From positions 62,496,001-62,560,000 of the forward strand of contig NC_134471.1 in assembly GCF_964194025.1 (NCBI RefSeq): a DNA stretch of 64,000 nt. The letters are read 5' to 3'. Below are positions 26,613-38,465 of the stretch, piece by piece (within the stretch, counting starts at the first letter, position 1; each line of letters starts with the position of its first letter). The stretch is from Convolutriloba macropyga. Taxonomy: Eukaryota. The notes under the pieces are model-generated. The model saw only the letters and a program-made list of their open reading frames with translations, ran no database searches and had not been told where the DNA came from. The position numbers and the translations under genes are program-made.

Positions 26613-27149
26613 GAAACAAGCTTGAGATCAGACTCAATTCTTTGTGTTTGCTTTTACTGCTTATGATTTAATTTGTAATATTTATCGTCACAATGACGGA
26701 AGAGATGTTCAATGGAGCCGTTAGGGGTGTGTGTTTTTTCTATTCTAAAACATTCAAAAACCAAAAACTGATTCTATCTCATTTTTTTTCTCTTTTTTTT
26801 TCAGGCTGAGTTATTCTCTGCTTGCGATTTCCGCGGGCCGTTCTTTGCCTAGTCGTGAAATACGCGACTGACAAAGGCAATCAATGTGAGAAATAACTCG
26901 GTTATTGCATTGTCTGTTTGCGATATCCGCGAATTAACATTTGCTTTCCTTTTTCCAGCTGTAAACCTAATTTATTTTTTTTAAAAAAATGAAAGGGGAG
27001 GTGAGAAATTTATTCAAAAAAAGGTAAATTGGGACCTATGAGCAAGCTGAAGACATGTTCTTATGCTAATCTACAGCTTACCAAAATCAAGGTCAGTTGC
27101 AGTATTTAATTTAGTTGTTTCCTTTCTACATTCTCCAAACTTAGACAGA

Positions 27150-29135
27150 AAGATGATTTTAAATAAGCAAAACAATATTCTACAGAACATACGTTCCCTT
27201 CAGAAAAACTTTGATCTGCTATACATCCATTTAGAAACATTAAAATCTAAACCAATAGCACTTTGCCTGACAGAAACTTGATTTAAGAACCACTACGAAA
27301 CGTCACAATTCTCAATGAAAGAATACCAAAAACTTTGCAGCTGTGAGAGAATGAAAAGAGGGGGTGGAGTAGGAATTTTTGTAATGAACGACTTGGATTT
27401 TGTTGAAGTGAAAAAATGCGATCAAAACGATCTGCAGGCTCTTACAATAAAGATCAAAGCAGATAAGCAGCATTATCTGATTATTACTTGTATATATATT
27501 CCGTCTAGAAAACAGAACATTGTGATTTTTAAAAGGCTAGAAAATTACTTTGATACCTTACCAATTGATCCTGAAGTTAAGCATATACTCTCCAGAGACT
27601 TCAACATTAACTTTTTGGATATTAGTGCAAACTCTTGGAAAATAGTCATTTTGCTGGCAGGAAATAACCTCTCTATAGATGAAAACGTTGAACCAACACG
27701 CAAAACCTTGAGCACGAAATCAACACTGGATGCGTTTTGTTCAAACACTCAGTCTACTGTCCACACTACTGTTTCCGGCCTTTCAGACCATCATACAGTA
27801 ACACTAACATTTGAACAATCTCTGGAAAACTCGTCCAATAGGAACGAAAAGATTACAACAAAATGGGTCAATTTAAAGAACCGTAAATTTGTCGAAGAAC
27901 TCAACAATATCTTGATAGACAAATTAAAAGTAATTACCTGTAATGGCAGTGAATGGTCCCCCGATAAGGCTTTGGAAAAACTACATGAAATTTTGATTAA
28001 TACCCTAGACGAAAGTCTACCAATACTAGGTTCAGCTAAAACTGGAATGCAAAAAACATGGATAGGTAATCAGGTGAAAAATACTGCGGCAAAAAAAAGT
28101 TCCTAAGAAATTTGTGTCTAAAAAACCATGATAATAATGGTCTGCAAAATGATTAGAAGGCTCAGTGCAAACTTGTCAGAAATCTGATCAAACAAAAACT
28201 ATCAACATTTTTTTACCAAAATAAGATCTAAAAAGAAGTAGCCAATAGCAAAAGAAGTTTCTTCAATCTCTTCAATGAAACGTGGGATAAAATTCTACCG
28301 GCTCACCACAATAAACAAATAGTAGAAAACATAGAAACTTTTAAGACTTTTTTCGCAAACATTGGAGTAGAGCTAGCAAAACGTTTGATACAAAGCAGAG
28401 GTATGAAATTGAAACTAACACAAATACCATGTTTCCCAATAACCAATTCCAAAATCATTGACACACTGTGAGTGCTTCCATCAAAGTTAACTTTAGACTG
28501 CCACAACATAAACTACTTTTTTTTCAAAAAAATTTCTCGGGCAGTTAGTCCACTACTTGAAACATTATATAACGAGTGTCTGAATCATGGCGTATTTCCA
28601 CAGTGCCTGAAAATAGCCAAAATTGTGTTTTTTTTTTCAAAAACAGTGATTGTAGCGAACCCACAAACTACAGACCAAACTCACTTCCTCCGGCCATTGG
28701 CAAATTGTTTGAAAAACTATTATATGAAAGGATTTATACGTTTTTGAGCAAAAACAACACGTTTTCAAAAAATCAATTTGGTTTTCGAAGCAAATTAATT
28801 ACTGTTTACGCCATAGCTTCCTTAACTGAAGAAATCAGAGCAAACTGGTTTAAATAAAAAAAACATAACTATATACAGTGAACCATGAGCTACTGCTAAA
28901 AAAAGTGTTAACACTACGGACTCCGAGGAACGGTACTGAAAATGATTGAATCGTATCTGAAAGACCAACTCCAATATATTAAAATAGGAAAAGTTGAATC
29001 TGAAAAGAAAAGCGTTAAATGTTGAGTCCCACAAGGATCATTTCTCGATCCACTGCTTTTCATTATCTACCTAAACGACGTTTCAACACTAAAATCAATA
29101 GAAAGCCAAACTATATTTTATGCTGACAATAGAGT
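27150..29135 (+). pseudogene. LINE ORF2 remnant (APE endonuclease plus reverse transcriptase, CR1/L2/Crack group), 3'-truncated
   Basis: QNIRSL...LCLTET, RGGGVGIF, DFNINFL, PTR...LDAF, SDH; RT motifs NYRPNSL, NQFGFR, VPQGSFLDPLLFIIYLND, YAD (~29119). Frameshifts and internal deletions. Confidence 0.9.
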
Positions 29136-29352
29136 TGTTTCTATTAAAGTTTTCGCATTAGAGCTACATGCTTTTGAAATATTCAAAGTACTAGTAAACT
29201 AATAAAAAAAGCAACCGCTAAGTGAAGTTTTTTAAACCATAATAGTGGACTCGGACCCTAATGATATCAAGAAAAAGAGAAATCGTGGACAGTATGTAAA
29301 AATTAGCAGACAAAGATTCTATAGTAATTCATTGAAATGTAGAGTTCTTGGG

Positions 29353-29678
29353 ATGCCTAAAATGGCATTGAATAATATCAACTCTTTTATTGAAGATGTT
29401 AAAACAATAAAAGAAGCAAACATAAAAAAATTTTGCCATACATATTTGAATCTTTATATAATTGGTAACCAGGACTTGCTAGACAGACTTTTTCATGCTC
29501 ATAAGAGCAAAATTTTTGGCTGCTACAAACACACAGTTTCTTCACCAGTTAAACAGACTTTTTCATGCTCATTAGAGCAAAATTTTTGGCTGCTACAAAC
29601 ACACAGTTTCTTCACTAGTTAAACTCTACTAGAAAGTATGCCTAAAATGGCATTGAATAATATCAACTCTTTTATTGA
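29353..29678 (+). repeat. Local duplications: 41-bp direct repeat (29353-29393, 29638-29678) enclosing a 2 x ~71-bp tandem repeat (29483-29623)
   Basis: ATGCCTAAAATGGCATTGAATAATATCAACTCTTTTATTGA twice; CAGACTTTTTCATGCTCAT...AGTTAAA twice. Confidence 0.85.
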
Positions 29679-29809
29679 CTCATTTTTTTAGTATTATTTC
29701 GATTAAAATTGCACTACTCTTCCGTGAGGTGCCTGAAAACAAACCATTTAGGTTTAATGGCGACATTGTAGTGTCACAAATTGTAATCGATTGTATTTGT
29801 ACAATGTAT

Positions 29810-29976
29810 GTATTTTCTTGCTAATATTTTATGATAACGGCACTACGAACAATTTATTATTATTATTATCTGGTAAGAGTCTTGTAAGAGCCCTTACAAG
29901 ATGACGCATAATCATACAAGAGTCTTGCAAGAGTCTTGCAAGATCGTAGCAGATAACCGTCCCAATTTGACCCGGG
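29810..29976. mobile_element. End fragment of an EnSpm-like MITE rich in TCTTGCAAGA palindromes (related pieces at ~25560-25650 and ~32205-32375)
   Basis: Repeated CTTGCAAGA/CTTGTAAGA, ending CCCGGG. TAGCAGATAACCGT (29947-29960) is the exact inverse of ACGGTTATCTGCTA (25607-25620). Confidence 0.5.
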
Positions 29977-32854
29977 AACTTCAGTTTTACAGCAAAAAAA
30001 TTTCCAAAAAGCATTTGTGTTCAAATAAAAGCGAATTGAACTTCGTGAGTTTCAAAAGTTCGGCTAAAATCAAATGGGCGTTCGGATAAATTTCAAACGC
30101 GTATCGGTTTCTCAAGAATCAGTCGCATTCATTTTGGCACCTGTTCAATGTACTTTGAACTTCAGCCGTGAAAAAAACAAGAGATGAAGTGTTAAAGCTC
30201 GCTCATTGCCATATATGACTTCAAATTATAAAAGTTTGTTGTATTATTGTAGCCAATATCTTTTTCTTTCGTTGGAACCAGGAAATGATAGGTCAAGAAT
30301 GATTTAAGTTTCTAGTTTAATTCTCTGCTTTCTAAATTTTCTGACAATTGTCATGAGAAATGCGAACAAAATAAAGCATAATTAATTCAAAATATTTTTT
30401 CAACTCCAATATTTTTAGACTTACCACAAAAAATTATCTCGGACATCCCAAAAGTAAGTAAACCCCAGTCGACATTTAAAAATTAACGATATTAGGAACA
30501 AAAGTGGAAGGTTGAAAAATCAAATTTCCCTTTCTTCAACAATCTTTAAAAAAACAGGAATTGACGGAATTAGTTGGTTTATAGACAGAAGGGCAGCGGT
30601 GAACTACAGGAAAGACTTCGCAAAATATAAATTAAATAAAAGCAAATTTCTATAATTGAACATTGAAATTGAGACGAATTTCTTTTTATGAAAGGTCTCA
30701 GATAACAATTGTTATCAAAATTCACGACAACACAAACATTCTAATTGAGCTTAATTTAGTTTTTTAAACCCACTAAATGACTGTTTTGATTGGAATTTTT
30801 TTTAGACATAAAATTTGTAAAAACACCCGCAAACTTGCCAATCTTTCTACTCAAGTCAGTAAAATTTAAGCTTCACAAACCTTCCTAAAAAACGTCTGCA
30901 TAAAACTACATTTTGTCCGGAAATAAAACAACCGACATCAAAGCAGATTCAATTATTCAGAATGTGAAATGAAAAAACGTGACGCACAAAAGCACTGATA
31001 ATGTTTCGAAATTTTTTCAACTCTACAGAACGAAAAAAATTTTCCTTGAAAATTCTAGCCAAATAGCACAGGTGTCACTGCACACTCATCTGGACCTGAT
31101 GAGCCTGCATATCTGTGTGGCGCACATTAAAATATTGTGTTTGAATTTTACTTGAAAAACATCGAACTAAGGTTTTCAAAAAATTTTTCAAACGCCAGAG
31201 CTAAGCCAACTTTGTTAAGTCCAATAAGTCCAACTTTGAGGCCGTACACTGGGAGTATCGTGTTATGATGACACAATAATCTGCTCACAGATCTCACAAA
31301 AGTTTGATCAGAGACCAACGTCTGACTGCACTCTGATAATAAGTTGCACGAAAGTCTGATCAGAGATCAAAATCGGGACTTGGTGTTATCCTATTTTACA
31401 GGAAATTCTGACCAAACGCCAATGTTTGAACATAGTCTAAACAAGGGTCGCACATAAGTCTGGACGAATGGTTGCGCGAAAGTACTTTAAGCTATTCAAA
31501 ATGAAACCTGTCAATAAATTTGCCACGATAAATTTTGTGCTAACATGGACAACATGCAAAATCTTACAAACCTATGTTGAGTATTTATGATCAAACTTAT
31601 GTTGAAAACGCAAGTTTTTTTTACGATATTCAAGTAACTGTGACATGTACTAGAGAATGGTCTGATCAGAAGGCAAAGTAGGGATGATTGTCTGACCAGA
31701 AGGAGCGTTGGTTGCTACAAAAGGGCGCAAAAAGTTAGGCTCGCATGAAAGTCGCACGAAAAATCAGAGATGGCTACATTCACGCTAAGATAGCACTATT
31801 TGTTAGGGAAATTTGTTGAATCGAGCGCAGATGTGACCAGAGGCCGTCTCAATCTGACACGATTGGATCAGGGGACAAAGCTTTGAGTGATCTGATTGGA
31901 GATCGCTTGAGTCTCTGCAATTCCAATTGCGAAATTTAATTAAAGCTTATTTTTTTCGAAACCTCCCAGGAAACCATTATTTTGGAAATGCGGCACAAGT
32001 GTTATATTTAGATTGAGCTCCATTTAGCCAGTGTTTGGCTGTTGATTGATTTGTTTCAATCGTAAATTTTTCCACAGGGACTGTCATTAATCCCGTCGTT
32101 TCTTTTGAAGTACCCTTTTCCTGTTAGCCACCCACAAACTTACACGCGTTCTTTTGTCTGTCTTCTGAGAGAGATCCTATAAGGTATATAATGTCTGAAT
32201 TGCATACCAGTCGAAATCAGAAGTTAGTCTTGTGAGATCTTCTTGCAAGATTCTTGCAAAAAAGTTAATCTTATAAGATCTTACCAGACAGAGTAATTCT
32301 TGCAAGATCACGCAAGACAGAGTTAATCTTGTAAGAATTTTGCAAGACTAACTTCTTTTGGAAGAATCTTGCCATTAGGATATAAAACAGCGAAAATTTG
32401 CTAAATTGAGGAACTAAGCTGTTGACAACATCATCCATAGACGTTTCCATCATGTTAGACCATCATGTTAGACGTTTCAGGTTTTGCGTACAAAAATTTG
32501 CAGACAAAACGAGGAAGACCAACCAAATCCATTCTCAACCATGTAAACAAATTTGTCTTTTTTTAAAACAGGAATTTGTTTTCCCAAGATCGATCTTTTA
32601 AATATGTTTCCATTCTGTTATACTGTCGTGTTTTTTTTACTCTTTATTCAGTTTGGATACCCGGATGCACTTCCTTGTAAAAAGTGACTAGTCTCCACGA
32701 AATAAATAAAAACAAACAAAATGTGATTACAATGTTCGGGGCGACTCAACACACGACTCAAGACTGTGCCATGTATTGGCCAAATCTGAAAATCGGTCAT
32801 TTTAAACACGGCTCAACTGAACACCAGCCATTTGAGAAATAACCAAGATCTGCA

Positions 32855-33113
32855 CCCTATTAAACCCTATAATTTTGGTAAAAAAGACCTATGATCAGAA
32901 TTTAGGTCAACTGTACCGGGTATGAAAAGACCGTTGGTCGATATATGAAAAGACAGTGGTCGACCGATATTGGGTACGGAAAGACCGTTGGTAGACTTAT
33001 GAAAAGACTCTAGGTCGACCCTTAAAAGTAGGTCGACCGTGTATTTAAGGTAGGGAAATACCCCCTAGGTCGACTTTATAAGGCTTTTCATAAAGTCGAC
33101 CTCTCAACGGGGG
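32855..33113. mobile_element. MITE fragment with repeated GGTCGACC / ATGAAAAGAC motifs
   Basis: Motif repeated about 8 times and ending in CAACGGGG. Left end unclear. Confidence 0.4.
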
Positions 33114-34259
33114 AATGAAGTAAAGACAAATATGACCATTATTTTGGGCTCATCAGCACCAGTTCCACCTTGACGTTAGTCCATAAAAACTGTTTTAAAT
33201 TGAAAGCTGATACTAACAGCTCATGACTCAAAAACCGTCGAGATATGTCACGATATCGTGGAGTTCTCAATTCTGCGAAGTCCCCGAACGTTGTTTGAAC
33301 AAAGTCTGAAAAAAATTGTATTTTAGCATCACTAATTTATTCTGCCTTATTCATTCAGTAATGTGAGCTTGACTGCTGCGTAAATAAAGAACAGAATGTA
33401 GAAATCAACTGAACAGATGACAATGCATGTTCTTATGCCTATTTTTGAATGCCTACAAAGTTGTTTAAAAAGTTTTTTAATGGAAAAAAGGATTTGTGAT
33501 AGCCAAAATTGTTGCTTAATTTCATTAACAGTGCAAGAAATCAACTTATATTGCATAGATTCCAAAGTCAGTGTTTTTCCAAAGATTTATGCGTGTGTAG
33601 GACATTCCGTCTGAAGTGATTAAACGAATCTATTTAAAATTTCGCAAGTGTGGGTTTCAAGATATTCATTTTGATTTTATGTCGAACAGCGCAAAGTTTT
33701 TTTGAACTATAGTTAAAACTTTTTGTGTACTATGGTGTACTATAATAACTTTAAAAAACGAATCATCGAAGGACATGAGATTTTACATGATTTTGCAGTT
33801 ATATTTGAAGGAACTAATATTTAAAAATTTATTTCACAAAAAAAACAAAAACAATAGTAACGAGGAAAAATATTTTGTAATCATGTAACAGGATCTCAAA
33901 TTGTTTTATGGCTTTCATTTAATAAGTTAATCTAAGCGCTAATATGAAACGAATTTCTGCTCGTAACTTTAATCCGTATTCATGAAATCAACTTTAATAT
34001 AATTGGTTAAATTTTCTTCTCTGTTAAGATATTCCTGAAACCTGAAAAGAAATTTTTCACCAGATTTTTGTTTAAGATCAAACTAGGGAACCATGAAAAT
34101 TACAAAACTGTATTCAAATTTTCGCTTAGTTATTCCGGAACCGTTATAACTTTCTAAGAAACAAAGAAACTCTGCATAAAAAATGGCTAAAGTTAACAAT
34201 AATGTTCACAATAATGTACAAAACTTTAGAGTTCCAGAATGACTGCCAACAAAGATTCA

Positions 34260-35510
34260 AGATAAAATTTGATGTCCTCTTTTTTGTCAAATTCAGAGGT
34301 AGAATCTCCTATTTGATGTTTTTCTTGTGAGGTTTCAGTAATTTTTGTCAGATACAACTTTGCAAAAGTTATGGATCCTGTATCATGTTTCATGATCGTG
34401 TGTTTGTCCAAATATCAACCTAAGATGGTGTCTCCTGCCTCTTTGTGTGGGGAGAGCAAATTCTGTTGATCATTGAAACATTATGTAATCACCTTATTAA
34501 TTTAATGTGTTTTCCCTTTAAATCTATGAACTTGCAAACGAATCGAAAGTTGTTGCTCTCGTAATCGCACGTTGTTTTAAACCCATTTTTTTGGATTGCC
34601 ACACTTTGACTCAGATTCAAGATTGATGTTGTGATCATTTCTTCCCTTGCCGATTTTTAAAGCTCCTTTTGTAGCAATGAGATGTCTTATGCTTTGATAG
34701 ATTTTTTCTCTAAAATATTCGAAATTTCTAAACTTATTCTTCAAGCATTAACCGGGAACCTTTTTCCCTCAAAAAAGAATGAAATAATTAAGAGCATTAA
34801 CACTGCTAGTGTCTCCTATCTAAACCTTTCTTAAAAATTAACACAAATCTAAAAACGTTTCAATGCAGCTTCAAAAATTTCTATGAAGCAAGGGAACTCT
34901 GCCCCAAAAAAGATCAAAATACAATGTTTGCACTATAAGACACAATAATTTTGAGTTTGAATAAAGCTCTGAACGAGATTTGATGTCCTCATTTGCTTCC
35001 AATTAGGAGTTATCATCTCCCAGTTCAGCTAATTCTTCGGTGTTTCAGTAAATTCGACAGGTAAAATTTTCCAAAATTAATGGATCCTGGATCATGTTCG
35101 TGTGTTCGTCCGAACGAAAATTTGGAATGCTGTTTTCCTGCCTCTTTATAAGGGGAGTGCACATAATGTGTATAGTTAAAACTTTTTGTTATCACCTAGC
35201 TCTCGTTACTAAATTACATAATGAGTGTTTCCCTTGATTTTTTGAACTTGCAAACGAACCGTATTTGGTGCTTTTGTACTCGAGCGTCCTCTTAATCGAT
35301 TTTTGGATTGGCAGACCTTTTTTCGTTTTTCAGATTGAACGTTAAAGTTGTTATAATTTCTTCCCTCATCGAGATTTTTAAATCTTCTATTGTAACAATG
35401 AATGGTCTGATGTTTTGATATTTTTTTTCTAAAATATTCCAAATTTCTTAAATTTTCCTGATCCTTCAACCATTAACCTGCAAATTTATTCCCTCGAAAA
35501 TAAAAAAGAA
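34260..35510. repeat. Old diverged tandem duplication (~34260-34790 versus ~34975-35510)
   Basis: Colinear anchors ATTTGATGTCCTC, ATGGATCCTG, GAACTTGCAAACGAA, TTTGGATTG, CTAAAATATTC.AAATTTCT, TTCCCTC.AAAA. Confidence 0.75.
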
Positions 35511-35967
35511 GAGATTGAGAGTACTGCTGACACAAAACTAATAATATATCCAAGAAACGTGGCAAAACATCACGCCATTTGACGGTAAACATGCTGAGAC
35601 ATCTTAAGATATGATAATAGTTCAAATTCTTCAGAAGACCGCAGCTCAGATTAACACCAAATTCCTTCTAATCCTTTGAGTCCTGCAGATCAGAAATGAA
35701 TTATCCTAATTTTTGAACATTCTTTCTCAAAAAATCAAGGTCAATAGCTTGAAACAAAGGAAGATTAAGTCCAAAAGAATTCAAAATTGAAGTCTAATCT
35801 TCCATAGCGAAAAAATTTTTCCATTTTCGTTTGCCAACAAATTCTGAAGATAGAAGCACGAAAAATGCGCGAAAATTGCAGCAAATAAATTGTGAAAATT
35901 TCAACCGCACTCTCGACTCAGTATAAGCCAGAGCTGCTACAGGTACTTCCAAGTATTTCCTATTCAG

Positions 35968-36010
35968 TACAGTTCTGAAAATGTGGTTTTGAACTGTATT
36001 TCAATTTATA
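35968..36010 (+). promoter_or_regulatory. Putative promoter of the RNA candidate: TACAGTTC...GAACTGTA inverted motif and TATA-like TTTATA
   Basis: TTTATA at 36005-36010 lies 26-31 nt before the first helix, with identical spacing in copy 2. AT-rich background makes this weak alone. Confidence 0.3.
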
Positions 36011-36035
36011 GCAGCGTGTAAAGTTTTCTATTTTA

Positions 36036-36848
36036 TGTCCTCCTTCTGACCCGACTGAATTCAAGGAAGATCGGGATCGTATCTTCGCTGATCGTCAACT
36101 GACCTCTAACAGGGTCATCGTTTGGCTGACTTAAATTTCTCTTTGCAGTGTAAATTAAACGTAGTATAGACTTTACAGAGTAAAATACAGGGAGATTATC
36201 GCGATAGTGCGTTTTTTGATCATCTCAGCATAGAGTCAGCCCAAAACTCAGAAGTTGAAGTTTTCGAATACAGTTTTTGTAAATAAGTTTAAACTCCCCG
36301 GTTAAATTTTGAAAAAAAGTAATAATTATTTTTGCATGTATTTGTGTTGTCCCCCTCCCCTTCACCCCATTTTTTTGTTATGAAACATACTTAATATTTT
36401 TTAGTAGAGGAAGAACTGTATTGGCTCGCATCAAAAGAAAAAAAGGCAATTTGCGGCTGCGTATTGGCTCCTTGAAGCTCAACATCAATAACTTGTCCCC
36501 CTCGTTTACCCCGCTGATTATCGTAAAGGTCCATTTAATTGTCGTATGACCTTCCGTGTAAACTGCTGCTCTATTTTAATCCGACCTTAAAATTATTATT
36601 CCTTTTACTTGTTATTCTGTATTCATTATTCTCCATCCTTGGAATTGATTTATTTTCTTGCAATTACTCTGTTTCATGCTTTGTGTTTTAGTATCATTCT
36701 TTTTGTTAATTCAACTATTTTTGCATGTTTTTATATTTCGCGAGACATAGGTAAGCATGTCACGTTATTAACCTGCATGAGGTATATGCCGATCCAGGAA
36801 GGTATGAAGCCAATCCGCTTTGAAGATGATCGGGTCGGCGAGAGGGCA
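36036..36848 (+). ncRNA. Candidate structured non-coding RNA, copy 1 (may extend to ~37076)
   Basis: 36036-36054 pairs with 36830-36848; GGCTGACTT (36124-36132) pairs with GAGTCAGCC (36233-36241); nested TCTCTTTGCA/TACAGGGAGA and TGTAAA/TTTACA stems; non-canonical pairs mostly G-U on the + strand; TTTATA about 30 nt upstream. Confidence 0.5.
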
Positions 36849-37650
36849 ACTCATAATTAATTTCACGAGCAGTTATAAATTATTGTCGCATTTTTCAGAG
36901 CAAATAATATACTCAGTGTGGCAAGTTATTGAGATATCAAAACAGAAGGCGGCATTTAGTTGCCGGCATTCATAAAACATAAAGCTCGCGTTTAGGCACA
37001 TTAAAGGAAAAATCGGCAAATAATTGCTGCAAATTATAAAAAACTACTCCAAGCTGTTCTGCCAATTGAAACACCTTTATTCAAAAATGACTAGATTGTC
37101 TTATTTAAAATTTCCCTCCTAATTCATTGAAATTAATAACCGCTGACACAAAACTAATGATACATCAAGGAAACATGGCAAAACATCACGCCATTTGTCG
37201 GTAAACATGTTGAGACAACTCAAGATATGATAAAAACTCAAACTCTCCAGAAGACCGCAGCTCAGATGAACACCAAAATCCTTCTAATCCTTTGAACCCT
37301 GCAGATCAAAAACAGATTATCCTAGTTTTTGAACATTCTTTTTTTTAAATTCAAGGTCAATAGCTGCAAACAAAGGAACATTAGGTCAGAAAGATTTCAA
37401 ATTTGAAGCCTATTTTTCCATTGCCACAAATTTTTCCATTCTCCGTTGTCAAAAAATTGTGAAGACAGAAGCACGAAATATGCGCGAAAATTGCAGCAAA
37501 ATTATTGTGCAAAATTCAACTGGACTCTTGACTCAGTATAAGCCAAAGCAGCAACAGGTCCTTCAAAGTATTTCCTAATTAGTACAGTGCTGAAAATGTG
37601 GTTTTGAACTGTATTTGAGTTTATAGAAGCGCGTAACGTTTTCTATTTTA

Positions 37651-38465
37651 TGTCCTCCTTCTGACCCGACTGAATTCATGGAAGATCGGGATCGTACCTT
37701 CGCTGATCGTCAACTGACCTCTAACAGGGTCATCGTTTGGCTGACTTAAATTTCTCTTTGCAGTGTAAATAAACGTAGTATAGACTTTACAGAGTAAAAT
37801 GCAAGGAGATTATCGCGATAGTGCGTTTTTTTATCATCTTAGCATAAAGTCAGCCCGAAACTCAGAAGTTGAAGTTTTCGAATACAGGGTATTCTTGCTG
37901 AGCATGATACATGAAATTAGAATAAAATAGCAGAAACAGCACTGGTTCAAATCATAGAGGTTACTGCTGCTGCTGCTGCTAGTGGTGGTGGTGGGGGGAC
38001 AGATTCTTGAATTATTTTCCTTCCGTCTTTCCGAATTATTGCTTTTTATAAATAAGTTTTTGTTCCCGGGTTGTTTCGAAAAAAAATAATAAGTATTTTT
38101 GCATGAATTTTTGTTACCCCCTCTCCTTTACACTATTTTTTGTTATCAAACAAACTTAATACTTTTTAGTCGAGGAAGAACTGTATTGGCTCCCATCAAA
38201 GGAAAAGGGGCAATTTATTGGAATTGATTTTTTATTCTTGCAAGGTGGCAAGTCCATGGAATTGATTTATTTTCTAGCAATTACTCTGTTTCATGTTTTG
38301 TGTTCTTGCATCATTTTTTTTGATAATTGAACTGTTTTTGCATGATTCTAAGTTTCGCGAGACTTAGGTGAGCATGCCACGTTATTAACCTGCATAAGGT
38401 ATATGCCGATCCAGGAAGGTATGAAGCCAATCAGCTTTGAAGATGATCGGGTCGGCGAGAGGGCA
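37651..38465 (+). ncRNA. Candidate structured non-coding RNA, copy 2 (may extend to ~38695)
   Basis: Same helices (37651-37669 with 38447-38465); several differences from copy 1 turn G-U or mismatches into Watson-Crick pairs; TTTATA at 37620-37625. Confidence 0.5.

Noticed and set aside
31071-31130. Hammerhead ribozyme (CTGATGA-GCC...GGC)
   Set aside because: The core GAAA reads GCAC and stem I does not pair; at best a dead remnant.
36064-36078. RNase P RNA CR-I-like GGAAGATCGG
   Set aside because: No room for P2/P3 between the closing helix and this motif, and no CR-V immediately before the 3' strand.
36069-36831. 7SK RNA (paired GAUC motifs)
   Set aside because: Multiple GATC motifs are present, but internal T-runs would terminate Pol III, and the GG start and 3' hairpin-U tail are missing.
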